This document shows, one piece after another, positions 9,283 through 19,870 of a stretch of DNA of 64,000 bases. A program made the translations under genes and the position numbers. Within the stretch, counting starts at the first letter, position 1. Each line of letters opens with the position of its first letter. Source of the DNA: an uncultured Ruficoccus sp. (GTDB lineage Bacteria; Verrucomicrobiota; Verrucomicrobiia; Opitutales; Cerasicoccaceae); the NCBI GenBank assembly GCA_965140785.1, contig OZ223481.1, positions 512,001 through 576,000 of the forward strand, read 5' to 3'. The notes under the pieces are model-generated. The model was not told where the DNA came from and did not search any database. It worked only from the letters and a program-made list of their open reading frames with translations.

Positions 9283-10695
9283 TTACCGGGCGGGCCGGTA
9301 AACGTGCTTGTTGATCCCCTTGGCGATGGCCGCCCGGTACACGTCGAGATTTTCGATCACGCCGAGGCCGAGGAGCTGGTAGCCGATATTGCCGACAGAG
9401 GTGCCCTCCAGATTGTAGCTGGTCACGGGCAGGCCGCAGGCGTCAGCGATGCGCTGGCACAGCAGCTGGTTCTTCGAACCGCCGCCGACGATGGCGATGT
9501 TGTCAAAGGACTCGCCCGTCATCTGGCCGAACTGCTTCACGGTATTGGCGACGGACTGGGCCAGCGAATCGCAGATCAGCCGCATGTACGCTGCCAGCGT
9601 GGTGGGCGGGGTGCCGCCCTGCTGGCGGATGTTGGCCTCGATGGCCTCCCGCATGTCGTCCGGGTTGAAAAGGGTCTGGTCCGTGCAGTCGATGAGGGTG
9701 TCCGGTGTGGGCTCGTCCTCGGCCTGGTCGGCCAGGGCGTCCCAACCGGCTCCGCTGGTGGGGCGGTCGGGGAACTTGAGCGAGAGCTGTTCGAGCAGCC
9801 ACAGGCCCAGGAGAATCTTGTTCGGGCGGTAGCCGCCGAGGCCGTCGCGCTCGTTGCTGACGCCCAGTTTGTACGCCGCTTCGCCCTTGGCGGGTTGGGC
9901 GGTCAGGCCCCCGGTGAGTAGCCACGTTCCCGCCGAGATAAAGATGTCGTTGCCGGTCTTCGGAATGGCTTCGAAGGCGCAGGAGGTGTCGTGGCCGGGC
10001 ACGAGAATCGTCTCCACCCCCTCGAGTCCCTCAATGTCGCGCACCTTGCCCAGCTTGACCCCGGCCCGCGTCGGCCCCTCGAACCACTGCTGCGGGATGC
10101 CGAAGTAATCCAGCGCCCCCTCCGAGAAGCTCATCTCGGTCAGGTCGAGGAGCTGGCCCGTGCTGGCGATGGAGACCTCGTTGCACATTCTGCCCGAGAG
10201 CAGGTAGTTAAAGTAATCCGGCAGCAGCAGCACGCGGCTGGCCATGTCCTTGAGTGCGGGGTAGGCGCTGAGCGTCTCGCCCAGTTGCAGCGCGGTGTTG
10301 TAATTGATCGGGGGCAGGCCGGTCCAGTCGTAGAGGCGGCGGTCATCGCCGGAGTCGATCAGGCGCTGGCGCAGCGGCTCGGTGCGCTGGTCGCGGTAAG
10401 CGTGCATGGGGAAAACCAGGCGCCCGTCCTCGTCCAGCAGGACGTGGTCCACGCCCCAGGTGTCCACCCCGCACGAGACCAGGTCCGGGAAGAGCCGCTT
10501 GGCCTCCTGCAGGCCCTTGCGCACTTGGGTAAAGAGCGCGGCGATATCCCAGTAGTCGTTGTTATTAAGGCGGTGAAATGCGTTGGGAAAGCGGTGGACC
10601 TCGGTCAGCTCCAGGGTGTCATTGGCCCAGGTGCCGACGATGACGCGTCCGCTGGTGGCTCCCAAATCGATGGCGGCGGCATGTACTTTACTCAT
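9283..10695 (-). CDS. rhaB: rhamnulokinase/fuculokinase family (FGGY) kinase
   Basis: AIDLGATSGRV, GVDTWGVD, GHDTSCA, VGGGSKN. Confidence 0.85.
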   Translation of the reverse strand: MSKVHAAAIDLGATSGRVIVGTWANDTLELTEVHRFPNAFHRLNNNDYWDIAALFTQVRKGLQEAKRLFPDLVSCGVDTWGVDHVLLDEDGRLVFPMHAYRDQRTEPLRQRLIDSGDDRRLYDWTGLPPINYNTALQLGETLSAYPALKDMASRVLLLPDYFNYLLSGRMCNEVSIASTGQLLDLTEMSFSEGALDYFGIPQQWFEGPTRAGVKLGKVRDIEGLEGVETILVPGHDTSCAFEAIPKTGNDIFISAGTWLLTGGLTAQPAKGEAAYKLGVSNERDGLGGYRPNKILLGLWLLEQLSLKFPDRPTSGAGWDALADQAEDEPTPDTLIDCTDQTLFNPDDMREAIEANIRQQGGTPPTTLAAYMRLICDSLAQSVANTVKQFGQMTGESFDNIAIVGGGSKNQLLCQRIADACGLPVTSYNLEGTSVGNIGYQLLGLGVIENLDVYRAAIAKGINKHVYRPAR

Positions 10696-10723
10696 GGGGT
10701 CGTAAAAAAAAGAGGGGCGGGGT

Positions 10724-11506
10724 TCAGGGTTCGATCTTGCCGGGAGGGGCTACGAGGATCTTCGTTCCGGCCTCCGCAGCCAGGCTGGCGATGTCGGCGG
10801 GCGGTTCCCGGTCGGTGATGATGGTGAATTTGTCGGAAAGTTCAGTCACCAGGCTCAGGGCGCGCTTGCCGACCTTGGAGCTGTCCATGACGAAGTAGAG
10901 CCGGTCGCAGACATTGACCATGTGCTGCTGGAAGGAGGCGATGAACGAGTTATTGTTCCAGATGCCCTCCGGGGTCAGTCCGGCGCAGCCGCACACGGCG
11001 ATGTCCACATGGACGCGGTTGATGGCCTGCTCGCAGGCCGGGCCGTAAAGGATACCCAGACGCGAGTAAACCGTGCCACCGGTGACAATCGTCTCCGAGG
11101 AGCCCACCTCGCCGAAGAGCGCGGCGATGGGCAGGGAGTTGGTGATCACGACGAGGCGCTTCTCGACCAGGGAGCGGGCCACCGTGTAGGTGGTGGTGCC
11201 GCCGTCGAGCATGACGGTCATGCCCGGCTCGATCAACTCGGCCATTGTGCGGGCGATGGCGTGCTTTTCCTCCGTCTGCCGGTTGTCCTGGGTGATGAAG
11301 TCGTAGCCGGTGCTGCCGTTGTCCTCCTCGACCAGGCTGGCTCCGCCGTGGTGACGGCAGATGATGTTGGCCGCCTCCAGTTCGTTAAGCGCCCGTCGGA
11401 CCGTGGACAGGCTGATATCGAACTTTTCGGCCAGCGTGTGAAGATCCGCGTACTTGTGCTCGCGGATGTACTTCTCGATCAGGTCCAGGCGCTGTTTGTT
11501 CGTCAT
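10724..11506 (-). CDS. DeoR/GlpR family transcriptional regulator
   Basis: ISLSTVRRAL HTH, HGGA, LDGGTTT, VITNSL. Confidence 0.92.
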   Translation of the reverse strand: MTNKQRLDLIEKYIREHKYADLHTLAEKFDISLSTVRRALNELEAANIICRHHGGASLVEEDNGSTGYDFITQDNRQTEEKHAIARTMAELIEPGMTVMLDGGTTTYTVARSLVEKRLVVITNSLPIAALFGEVGSSETIVTGGTVYSRLGILYGPACEQAINRVHVDIAVCGCAGLTPEGIWNNNSFIASFQQHMVNVCDRLYFVMDSSKVGKRALSLVTELSDKFTIITDREPPADIASLAAEAGTKILVAPPGKIEP

Positions 11507-11582
11507 GAAAATCGCTCTTACCCTGAAGGCGCTTCCACAATCTGTCAAAAACAATCAGTTGCTTCCAGTTGATTGGTAGGGC

Positions 11583-11984
11583 TCAGTTCAAGGAACCGTC
11601 CCAGAGCTTCCAGGGCGCGATTTCGAGGCTGTTACCGGCCGGATCGCGGAAGTAGAGCGAGTGGACGCCCTCGCGCCAGACATGCTCCATCTCCAGCGGG
11701 ATGTCCAGCTCGGCCAGGCGCAGTTTCCACGCTGGGATTTCTCCGGCTTCCACCCGGAAGCAAACATGGCTGGCTCCGGTAGCGCCGTGCGGGGGGACCT
11801 CGTCATTGTGGGCCGACTCATGCGGATCGAAAATCAGCAGCATCGCCCCCTCCAGCCGGTAAAAGACAAACCGCCCCGCCTCTTTCGCCAGCGGCTCCTG
11901 CCCGAGCAGGCGCGTATAAAACGCTTCCGCCGTCTCCAGATCGTTGGCGTAGAGGCAGGTTTCGAGTATGCTTCGCAAGTTCAA
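11583..11984 (-). CDS. VOC/glyoxalase family protein
   Basis: LETCLY..DL, FY..LLG, HVCF, SLYFRDPAGNSLE. Confidence 0.88.
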   Translation of the reverse strand: MNLRSILETCLYANDLETAEAFYTRLLGQEPLAKEAGRFVFYRLEGAMLLIFDPHESAHNDEVPPHGATGASHVCFRVEAGEIPAWKLRLAELDIPLEMEHVWREGVHSLYFRDPAGNSLEIAPWKLWDGSLN

Positions 11985-12095
11985 GGTTTGATCGTTTGAG
12001 GGTTTGAAAGTTAGCGGGCTGAGAATCTCTCATCCGGTTTCAGGCAGCCCGGCCCTCCCAACTTTCAAACCCTCAAACCCCAAACGCTCAAACTT
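11985..12095. repeat. inverted arrays of 8-mer repeats
   Basis: GGTTTGATCGTTTGAGGGTTTGAAAGTT opposed by AACTTTCAAACCCTCAAACCCCAAACGCTCAAAC. Confidence 0.75.
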
Positions 12096-12099
12096 ATTT

Positions 12100-13725
12100 C
12101 TACAGTCCGATCCGCCGCAGGGGCTTCCCGGCGTAGATATTCTCCTCGATTTTTTCCAGCGGCACGCCGCGGGTTTCCGGCAGGAAGCGTATGGCCAGCG
12201 CCAGTCCCACAGCGGTAAACCCGGCGTAGATGAGGAAGGTGAACGACATGCCCAGCCCGTCCTTCATGACTGGGAACAACTGGCTGACGAAGTAGTCCAC
12301 CAGCCAGTTGGCCGCCACCGCCACGGACATCCCGATGCCGCGGAAGCGGATGGGGAAGATTTCGCTGATCATGAGCCAGCACAGCGGCCCCGCGCTGATG
12401 GCGAAGCAGATGATGTAGAGCAGGATGCTGGCGAAAATCCAGTACGTGATGGCCGGGGGCTTGCCGGGCTTGAGCGCGGCGCCGGCGTTCGCGGCGTCCC
12501 GCTGGTCGGTGGTCTGTTCGTGGGTCACGACGGCTCCGGCATTGGGCAGGACGGGGCGCTGCCCGGCCTTGTCGGTGGTGGTAATGTCGCGGGCTTCCAG
12601 CGCGGCGGTGGCCTGAAACTGCTCGTACTTGTGGAACAGGTACGCCTGCGCCCCCAGCATGACAATGATGCCGCTCACCCCGATGAACATCAGCTTGCGC
12701 CGCCCCAGCTTGTCCACCAGAAAGATCGAGCCGACCGTGGCCACGAGGTTGACCAGTCCCATCGCCACCTGCGCCCACATCGACGCCGAGGCGCTGAATC
12801 CGCCCTGGCTGAAAATCTGCGGGCCGAAGTACATGTCCGCGTTGATCCCGGTGGACTGCTGGAAGAATTGCAGAAAGAATCCCAGCAGCATGACCGGCAG
12901 GATCAGCTTGCCGAAGCAGGCCTTCATGTTGACGCTCGTCTTGCGGGCGGCGGCTTCATGGATGTCGCAGAAAGTCGAGCGGGCCGCTTCTTTGCCCATC
13001 ATGCGCATGAGCACGTGGTGCGCCTCCTGCAGGAACTTGTTTTCGATCAGCCAGCGGGGGCTGTTGGGCATCTTGAACATGCCGAAGAGGAAGATGAAGG
13101 CCGGCACCAGCCCGATGGCCAGCATGACCCGCCAGTTGATGTCGGTGTCCTTGATCGAGGCATCGACCGCTACGCCGACCAGAAACGAGAACAGAATCCC
13201 CACAACGATCGACAACTGATACATGAACAAAATCCGCCCGCGGGACTCCGGCGGGGCCACCTCGGCCATGTACATCGGCGTGATAACGGCGGAGTTGCCG
13301 ATGGCCAGCCCCATCATCAGGCGCGCCGCCACGAAGACCCACAAGCCCGGAGCGAGCGCTGCCACCGCGATCCCGGCGATGAATAAAAACGCATTGAAAA
13401 TCAGTCCCTTCTTTCGCCCGAACCGGTCCGATATCTTGCCCCCGAACAGCGCGCCGATAAGCGCTCCCAGCGGCACCGCCGCCACCCACAGCCCTTGCAG
13501 CAGGGGCGACTGCTCCAGGTGGAAGAACGTGTTGACCGAGCCGCCCACGGCGGCGGCGATAGAAGCGTCAAATCCGAACAGCACCCCGGACATGGCCGCG
13601 ACCGTGCCCACGAAAAAGCTGCTGAGGGGTTTGATCACGACGTCCTGAAGGGCCGTTTCGACCTCTTCGAGAACGTTGCGCAGGTGTGAGGGGATGGACA
13701 GCTGGGCAAGAGACGTATCACTCAT
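12100..13725 (-). CDS. sugar porter family MFS transporter
   Basis: DRFGRK, YMAEVAPPESRG, QQSTGIN, DKLGRR, PETRG. Confidence 0.93.
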   Translation of the reverse strand: MSDTSLAQLSIPSHLRNVLEEVETALQDVVIKPLSSFFVGTVAAMSGVLFGFDASIAAAVGGSVNTFFHLEQSPLLQGLWVAAVPLGALIGALFGGKISDRFGRKKGLIFNAFLFIAGIAVAALAPGLWVFVAARLMMGLAIGNSAVITPMYMAEVAPPESRGRILFMYQLSIVVGILFSFLVGVAVDASIKDTDINWRVMLAIGLVPAFIFLFGMFKMPNSPRWLIENKFLQEAHHVLMRMMGKEAARSTFCDIHEAAARKTSVNMKACFGKLILPVMLLGFFLQFFQQSTGINADMYFGPQIFSQGGFSASASMWAQVAMGLVNLVATVGSIFLVDKLGRRKLMFIGVSGIIVMLGAQAYLFHKYEQFQATAALEARDITTTDKAGQRPVLPNAGAVVTHEQTTDQRDAANAGAALKPGKPPAITYWIFASILLYIICFAISAGPLCWLMISEIFPIRFRGIGMSVAVAANWLVDYFVSQLFPVMKDGLGMSFTFLIYAGFTAVGLALAIRFLPETRGVPLEKIEENIYAGKPLRRIGL

Positions 13726-13936
13726 GGGCAGATAGGGGGGGGGACCGCAGTTTCCCTTCCGGCCCAGGACGAACCAACCGGCACCGGCCAGCGGGTTCGA
13801 GGAGGGGGAAATGTTGCGGCAGGGGGGTTCAAGATGTGCCGGATGGGGTTAATCACAATTCATCGGATTGACACCCATTTGGCAAGGTAAGAATACCCCT
13901 TTTGCGGAAGCTTTCACCGTCCGCAGCGGCTTCCCT

Positions 13937-14329
13937 TCACGACTTCTGAGCGGGTGAGTGCCGGTCCCGTTCCCAGATCACCGTCTCATCCTCCCCGTAG
14001 GTGATGCGGTTTACATCGGGAGGGATGGCTATGGCCTTCTCAAAGCTGCCGTTGACCCCACTTTGTGTTGCCGGAACCAGATGCACCATGATCTGCAGGC
14101 TGTCAGGATGCCTGATCACGTCCACCCGGTCCACCAGATAGGCGCTGTGTCCGCAGATACCCTCTATGATGAGGACTTTCTTGCCGTTCTCATCGACGAC
14201 TTGCTGGTGATAATCAAACGTGTCCGCGCGCGAAAGGATGAAATCGCCGGGTAGCAGCGACTGGCACGCGCCCAGTGCCAGGGTGAAAAGCACTAGAACG
14301 GGAAAGGAAAAGGCGGGACAGGCTTTCAT
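13937..14329 (-). CDS. hypothetical lipoprotein
   Basis: Lipobox LGAC after a hydrophobic segment. Confidence 0.6.
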   Translation of the reverse strand: MKACPAFSFPVLVLFTLALGACQSLLPGDFILSRADTFDYHQQVVDENGKKVLIIEGICGHSAYLVDRVDVIRHPDSLQIMVHLVPATQSGVNGSFEKAIAIPPDVNRITYGEDETVIWERDRHSPAQKS

Positions 14330-14344
14330 GGGAGCGGTTGAAGG

Positions 14345-15226
14345 CTATCCGCCGAAGTCGTACAAGGCGCGTCCCTGCGCGCCCGGCTCGCAGGCGAACA
14401 AATGACCGGCGGCCTTGGCCTCGGTGGCATTCATTTTGTCGATCCCGGCCTTGGACGTGGTGAAGTAGAGGGTGCCCATGTCGGGGCCGCCGAAGCTCGG
14501 GCAGGTCACGCGCGGGGTGGGGCACAGGACCCGTTCAATCATTTTGCCGGTGCGCGGGTCGTAGCAGGCGACCATGGAGCCGCCGTAAAGGGCGACCCAG
14601 AGATTGTCCTCGGTGTCGATGGTCATGCCGTCGGGCACGCCAAGCTCCTCCGGGACCTCCACCACCGTGCGGCGGTTGGAGAGGCTGCCCGTGACCGCGT
14701 CGTAGTCGAAGGCCTCGATCAGGCGGGTGGGCGAGTCAACGTAGTACATCGTCTGCTCGTCCTTCGTCCAGCACAGGCCGTTGGAGATGGTGACGTTGTC
14801 GAGCAGGTGGCGGTAGTTGAAATCCTTTTCGATCAGCCAGAGGCTGCCCAACGGGCTCTTGCCGTCGTAGGCCATGGAGCCGCCGTAGAGCCGCCCGTCC
14901 GGGCCGGGCTTGCCGTCGTTGAAACGCGTGGTCTCCAGGTCGGCTTCCGGGTCAATCACGAAGGTGATCTCGTTCTCCTTGAGGTCGAGCCGGGCGATTC
15001 CGTCGCGGGTGCCCAGGAGCAGGTCGCCGTTGACGGTCGGGTGCGCAAAGCCCACATGGCAGGGCACTTTCCACATCCGGTCTTCGTCCTTGGCGGGGTC
15101 GTAGAGATGGACCTCGCAGGCGAGAATGTCCACCCAGATAAGCTGCTGGCGGGCTTCCCACCAGTAGGCGCCTTCGCCGTGCTGCTTGGCGCACGGGTGG
15201 AGCTGGATCGCGTGGTGCGTCTTCAT
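14345..15226 (-). CDS. SMP-30/gluconolactonase family (sugar lactonase)
   Basis: GEGAYW, RFNDG, SNGLCW, PDGMTID. Confidence 0.92.
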   Translation of the reverse strand: MKTHHAIQLHPCAKQHGEGAYWWEARQQLIWVDILACEVHLYDPAKDEDRMWKVPCHVGFAHPTVNGDLLLGTRDGIARLDLKENEITFVIDPEADLETTRFNDGKPGPDGRLYGGSMAYDGKSPLGSLWLIEKDFNYRHLLDNVTISNGLCWTKDEQTMYYVDSPTRLIEAFDYDAVTGSLSNRRTVVEVPEELGVPDGMTIDTEDNLWVALYGGSMVACYDPRTGKMIERVLCPTPRVTCPSFGGPDMGTLYFTTSKAGIDKMNATEAKAAGHLFACEPGAQGRALYDFGG

Positions 15227-15245
15227 GGGGGTATCACTGAGTCAC

Positions 15246-15277
15246 AAAAAGACCGGTGCGGCAAGCCCGCACCGGTC
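15246..15277 (-). terminator. Rho-independent terminator-like hairpin
   Basis: GACCGGTGCGG-CAAGC-CCGCACCGGTC stem-loop followed by T5 on the minus strand. Confidence 0.6.
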
Positions 15278-15355
15278 CTGAAAAGCAATCCGGGTTATTT
15301 TCTCAGGGATGAGAAGGGACCGTCTTGGCCCCATCCTCCTCCGAAATGATAAGAT

Positions 15356-15431
15356 TTAAATCCACCGATGACACAGATTTACCCGGATGAAGGCCCTATC
15401 CGGTGAAATATCCGGGCTATCCGTGGTTAAA
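15356..15431. repeat. inverted array of degenerate 9-mer repeats
   Basis: TTTAAATCCACCGATGACACAGATTTACCCGGAT .. ATCCGGTGAAATATCCGGGCTATCCGTGGTTAAA. Confidence 0.65.
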
Positions 15432-15460
15432 CGCTTATCATCAAAACCCGGGCGCGTGCC

Positions 15461-17095
15461 TTAAAGCTTGCCGCCCTTGGCGTCGGTCCCGCAGATGGAC
15501 ACCTCGATGCCGAGCTGGCGTGCCAGTTCCGCCTTGGCGTAGAGGCAGAGGTCGGCCCCCTTGGCGTCCTTGGCGTAGGCCACGTTGAGGTGGTTGGCCT
15601 TGTGGCGGGCCATCATCTGGTCACGGCTGACTCCGTAGGAGACGAAGTGCATGATCGGCCACTGCGGCGTGGTTTCGTTCAGGCGGCGCTGCGTTTCCTC
15701 TTCGGGCAGCTCGATCGCCTTACCGCGGCCCAGGTCCAGCTTGAGTTTGCCGTCCTCGACATAGACGCGGCTCCAGACCAGTTCGCCCGGCTTGGCCACG
15801 CCCATGAGGGTGCTGCCCCCGGCCGGGAAGTACATGGCCGGCTGGCGGTAGCCGTGGCTGCCCTTCCAGCCGCCGACGTGGTGCTCGACCGGAGCGCCGC
15901 CGGAGATGAGGAAGACCCAGACGTACTCGTCGGTCGAGCCGGACTGGTCCCAGTCGCCCCAGCGCAGGTCGTGCAGGGTGGTTTCGGGCGGCTGGTTGAG
16001 AGCGCGGTGCACGCGGTTGGTGAAGATCGCGTCGAGCCCGACGCATTCGTCCACCTCGTTGAAGTGCGGGTAGGGCAAGCCCTTCTTGATGATCTCGCCC
16101 TTGGCGTTCTTGACCGGCGGGCGGTCGGAGCTGTTAAGCATGCCTTCGACCAGGTCGGAGGCGGCGCACAGGTCCTTGAGGCCCTGCTGGTACTGGATAC
16201 CGAGGGCTTCGCACCCGAAGGTGTCCCCGATGCGGCAGGCGGCGATGTACATCTTGCACTGCTCGATCACCTGCTTCTTGGTCAGGTCGGTCTTGCCGTT
16301 TTTACCAAAGTGGAAGTTGAAGCCCTTCTTTTCGATAAACTGGTAAACCTCTTCGGCTTCCTTGTTGGAGACCTGGGTCATCTCGTAGTACAGGGCGCTC
16401 TGGCTCAGGCGCTCCTTGTACACGCCGAGGGGAAAGAGCAACTCGTCCGGGATGGCGGCATTGTACATGCCCATGCAGAACTCGTCGAACACGCCCATGA
16501 TGGCCTTGTTCTGGTCGAGGTCCTTGACGATCTTGGCGGCTACGCTCTTGGCGCGGGCGGGCGCCTTTTTCGGGGCGTACTTGCGCACGTGGGCGGTCGG
16601 GTGCTTGACCTCACCGGTTTCCAGCCAGGTGGAGAGGTTTTTCTGGAAAGCCTTGTCGGTCTGGAAATCCTCGCTCCACAGGGTGGAGTACTTGACGCCG
16701 GCCTTGGTCAGGGAGCCGTTCAGGTTGAGCATGCCGACCAGTCCGGGCCACGTGCCGCTCCAGTTGGCCAGGGTCAGGATCGGGCCCTGGTGGGAGATCA
16801 GTCCGGCCAGAATGTGGTGGGAGTACTGCCAAACGGCTTCGGCCACGATGATGGGGGCCTTGCGGTCGATCTTGGCGAAGATGTCCATCCCCTCGCGCTG
16901 ACTGTCGATGAAGCCATGCCCTTTGTCTTTCTTGACGGAGTGGGCACGCTTGACGGTGTAGCCCAGGAGGGAGACAACCTTCTTCAGTTCGTTTTCCATT
17001 TTCTCCTGTTCGGACCAGCACATCTGGTTGGCCGAGAGGCGTAGGTCGCCATTGGCAACGAGCAGGACGGTTTTTGCGGGGTTTTTTTTAGCCAT
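15461..17095 (-). CDS. L-fucose/L-arabinose isomerase family protein
   Basis: [31 protein letters not shown]. Confidence 0.8.
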   Translation of the reverse strand: MAKKNPAKTVLLVANGDLRLSANQMCWSEQEKMENELKKVVSLLGYTVKRAHSVKKDKGHGFIDSQREGMDIFAKIDRKAPIIVAEAVWQYSHHILAGLISHQGPILTLANWSGTWPGLVGMLNLNGSLTKAGVKYSTLWSEDFQTDKAFQKNLSTWLETGEVKHPTAHVRKYAPKKAPARAKSVAAKIVKDLDQNKAIMGVFDEFCMGMYNAAIPDELLFPLGVYKERLSQSALYYEMTQVSNKEAEEVYQFIEKKGFNFHFGKNGKTDLTKKQVIEQCKMYIAACRIGDTFGCEALGIQYQQGLKDLCAASDLVEGMLNSSDRPPVKNAKGEIIKKGLPYPHFNEVDECVGLDAIFTNRVHRALNQPPETTLHDLRWGDWDQSGSTDEYVWVFLISGGAPVEHHVGGWKGSHGYRQPAMYFPAGGSTLMGVAKPGELVWSRVYVEDGKLKLDLGRGKAIELPEEETQRRLNETTPQWPIMHFVSYGVSRDQMMARHKANHLNVAYAKDAKGADLCLYAKAELARQLGIEVSICGTDAKGGKL

Positions 17096-17338
17096 GGTAG
17101 TTGTTGGATGATTTTGGCGTTTCTTGCGCGTTTATTCAAGGCACCCCGGATACGCCTTGGCAAGTGAAATCACTGGTCGCAAACGGGCGAACGGTGGTCT
17201 ATTTTTGGTAATGGAACTGCGGCGATGGCGGAACCGGCACGGGGTTGAGCCGGGGCTGGCCGGCGAGTGCACCTGCCGGCCAGCCATGCCTTTGTTCCCG
17301 GCAAAGGCATCCCGGCGCACAGCACCGAGGGTGCAGGG

Positions 17339-18310
17339 CTAGGCCCGGCTGGTGAGGGTGTGGACGGTGATCTCCGCCGGGCAGTTGAAGCGCAGGGGGA
17401 CGCAACCGGCGCCCGTGCCCCGGGAAGTATAGCCCTTCAGGCGCCCGTACTGCCAGGCACTCGCCACGAGGCGGCGCGGCACGGGACAGTGGGTAAGAAC
17501 GGCGCGTCCGCCGGGCAGACAGAGCTGACCGCCGTGGGTATGCCCCGAGAGCATCAAGTCCACCCCCAGCCCTTCGGCTTCCAGGTAGGTCTGCGGGCTG
17601 TGCGAAAGGAGGATTTTGCACGCCTCCGGCGGGACCTCGCGCAGGGCGCGCGGCAGATCGTGGGTTTTATAATAGTAAGCATCGTCCACCCCGGCTAGCC
17701 AGAGCGTTTGCTCCCCGCGTTCGAGCGGGATGGCCTCGTTGAGCAGCAGACGCATGCCCATCGCCTCCAGATCGGGGGCTTTTTCGATAAAATCGTGATT
17801 GCCCAGCACCCCGGCCTTGAGGCCGGTCAGGTGACGGTAGATCTGGGCCGTCTGCCGCATGGAAGCGCGGTGGCAATCCCGGGTGCAGTTGCGGTAGTCG
17901 CCGGTGTTGACGCACAGGTCGTACTCAATGCCGGTCAGGGCCTGGATGACCATTTCGGGCAGGATCGGGTCGAGGTCCGTGTGCAGGTCGGCGATATGCA
18001 GGATGCGGTACCCCTCGAAAGCTTCGGGCAGGCGCGGCAGGACGACGCGGTTCTCGACCCGGCGGATTTTCAGGAAATTCCGGTACCCGCGTCCGTACAG
18101 GCCGGTGGCCTTGAAAGCGAGCGTCAGCACCTGTTCCATGTTCAGGTAGCGCTCCAGCCGAAAAATTCCTTCCCCCTGGATGGCCATGTGTGCTTCCAGC
18201 TCCTGCTGGGAGCGCAGCCGCCGCTCGAGGTTGGCCTCGCCCAGTCGCTCGCCGATCCGGGTATAGAAATCGGTTTCGTCCGCAGAGGAGACTTGAGGGA
18301 CGGTATTCAT
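17339..18310 (-). CDS. calcineurin-like metallophosphoesterase (YkuE-like)
   Basis: ADLH, TGDY, LGNHD, LSHSP, GHTHGGQ. Confidence 0.92.
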   Translation of the reverse strand: MNTVPQVSSADETDFYTRIGERLGEANLERRLRSQQELEAHMAIQGEGIFRLERYLNMEQVLTLAFKATGLYGRGYRNFLKIRRVENRVVLPRLPEAFEGYRILHIADLHTDLDPILPEMVIQALTGIEYDLCVNTGDYRNCTRDCHRASMRQTAQIYRHLTGLKAGVLGNHDFIEKAPDLEAMGMRLLLNEAIPLERGEQTLWLAGVDDAYYYKTHDLPRALREVPPEACKILLSHSPQTYLEAEGLGVDLMLSGHTHGGQLCLPGGRAVLTHCPVPRRLVASAWQYGRLKGYTSRGTGAGCVPLRFNCPAEITVHTLTSRA

Positions 18311-18567
18311 GCCAAGGGTAGGGGATGATGCCCGATCTCTTCCCTTGCGGCAACATCGGATCATTTGCGCCGGGGTTAACGGTTACGCCCGCTTCACGCC
18401 TGCCTTTTGCAGAAAATGTCCTCGACTCTCCAGGAGCCGACGGTTCTTGGGAGAGCGGCCATTGGGCCGCGTATAGGCGCAAGCTCCTCATGGACAGTGC
18501 GGACGTGCACCGACGCCAGCCGGGGCTTGCCAGGGGGGCTCGGATGGGTTTGGATAAGTGGTTTCCG

Positions 18568-19671
18568 ATGTCCAAGAAAGCCACCAATCCCTTCGATATG
18601 ATCGAGGACGCCATCGCTGCCATCGCGGCGGGCGAACCCGTGATCGTGACCGATGACGAGTCCCGCGAGAACGAGGGAGACCTCATCATTGCCGCCGAAA
18701 AGGCCACCCCCGAGGTCATCAACATGATGATCCGTGACGCCCGGGGCCTGGTCTGCGTGCCCATGGCCGCCCACCAGCTCCAGCGGCTGGGCATCCAGTC
18801 CATGGTGGCGAATAACCGCGAGTCCCACGGCACCGACTTTACCGTTTCGGTCGATGCGGCCGAGGGCATCACCACCGGCATCAGTGCCTACGACCGCTAC
18901 GCGACCATTAAAATCCTGGCCGACGCGAAGTCCACCCCGGACCAGCTCGTGCAGCCCGGCCACGTCTTTCCGCTCCAGGCCCGCCCCGGCGGCGTCCTCC
19001 AGCGCGCCGGACACACGGAGGCGGCGGTGGACCTCGTCTCGCTCGCCGGGCTCTTTCCGGTCGGTGTCATCTGCGAGATTTTGAAGGAGGACGGCTCGTC
19101 CGCCCGCCTGCCCGATCTGGTCAAGTTCAAGAAAAAGCACGGCCTCAAGCTCGTCTCCATCGCCGACTTGATCCACTACCGCCACAAGCGCGACAAGCTC
19201 GTCCGGCGGGTGGCCACGCTGCCGTTCGACTCGGAGTTCGGCCAGTTCGACCTGCATGTCTTCCAGAGCCAGTCCGACCACCGCAAGCACATCGCTTTCT
19301 CCCGCGGGCAGCTCGACGAGCGTCCCACGCTGGTCCGCGTCCACAGCGAGAACCTCCTCGACGACCTCTTCCGGGGTAAGAAAATGTCCGGCCACTCCGC
19401 CCTGACCAAGGCCCTCAAGCGCGTGGCACAGGAGGGGCACGGCGTCGTCCTCTACATGGAGCAGCCCGACGGCGGCCTCAAGCTCACCCCCGGCGAAAAC
19501 GGCGAGCACCACCTGGCTCCGACCAAGATGGACTTCCGCGACTACGGCATCGGCGCTCAGATCCTCTCCGAGCTGGGCCTGCGCAAGATCCGCCTGCTCT
19601 CGGGCACCCAGCGCCGCGTCGTCGCCCTCGACGGCTACGACCTGGAGATCGTCGAGCAGATCCCGCTCTGA
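18568..19671 (+). CDS. ribB: DHBP synthase fused to a degenerate GTP cyclohydrolase II domain (RibBX-type)
   Basis: DDESRENEGD, TGISAYDR, PGHVFPL, GHTEA; C-terminal RVHSE domain lacks the Zn-binding cysteines. Confidence 0.9.
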   Translation: MSKKATNPFDMIEDAIAAIAAGEPVIVTDDESRENEGDLIIAAEKATPEVINMMIRDARGLVCVPMAAHQLQRLGIQSMVANNRESHGTDFTVSVDAAEGITTGISAYDRYATIKILADAKSTPDQLVQPGHVFPLQARPGGVLQRAGHTEAAVDLVSLAGLFPVGVICEILKEDGSSARLPDLVKFKKKHGLKLVSIADLIHYRHKRDKLVRRVATLPFDSEFGQFDLHVFQSQSDHRKHIAFSRGQLDERPTLVRVHSENLLDDLFRGKKMSGHSALTKALKRVAQEGHGVVLYMEQPDGGLKLTPGENGEHHLAPTKMDFRDYGIGAQILSELGLRKIRLLSGTQRRVVALDGYDLEIVEQIPL

Positions 19672-19870
19672 GCTATTTATCCAGAAACAACCAGCGCGCG
19701 CCCCGTACACAGGACGGCACGGATGCCTTTTCGATTCTCACCCAGCCGCCCTTCAACCATCAGAAGTCAGCCCTTTAACAATCAACCCTTCCTCCCTTCA
19801 ATGGCCGTTGCCATCCGCCGAATATCCTGAATGATCTTTCCTCCGCCCTCTGCTTAATACGAGAAAACAC

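Noticed and set aside
18311..18567. FMN riboswitch upstream of ribB
   Set aside because: The conserved RFN blocks (AGGGCGGGGTGAAATTCCC..CGGT) are not visible; the gap looks like a divergent promoter region.
12004..19710. Long antisense ORFs (e.g. 12004-13386, 14402-15349, 15590-17044, 18394-19710; likewise 27704-28864)
   Set aside because: They are shadows of well-supported opposite-strand genes in high-GC DNA and have no recognisable motifs.
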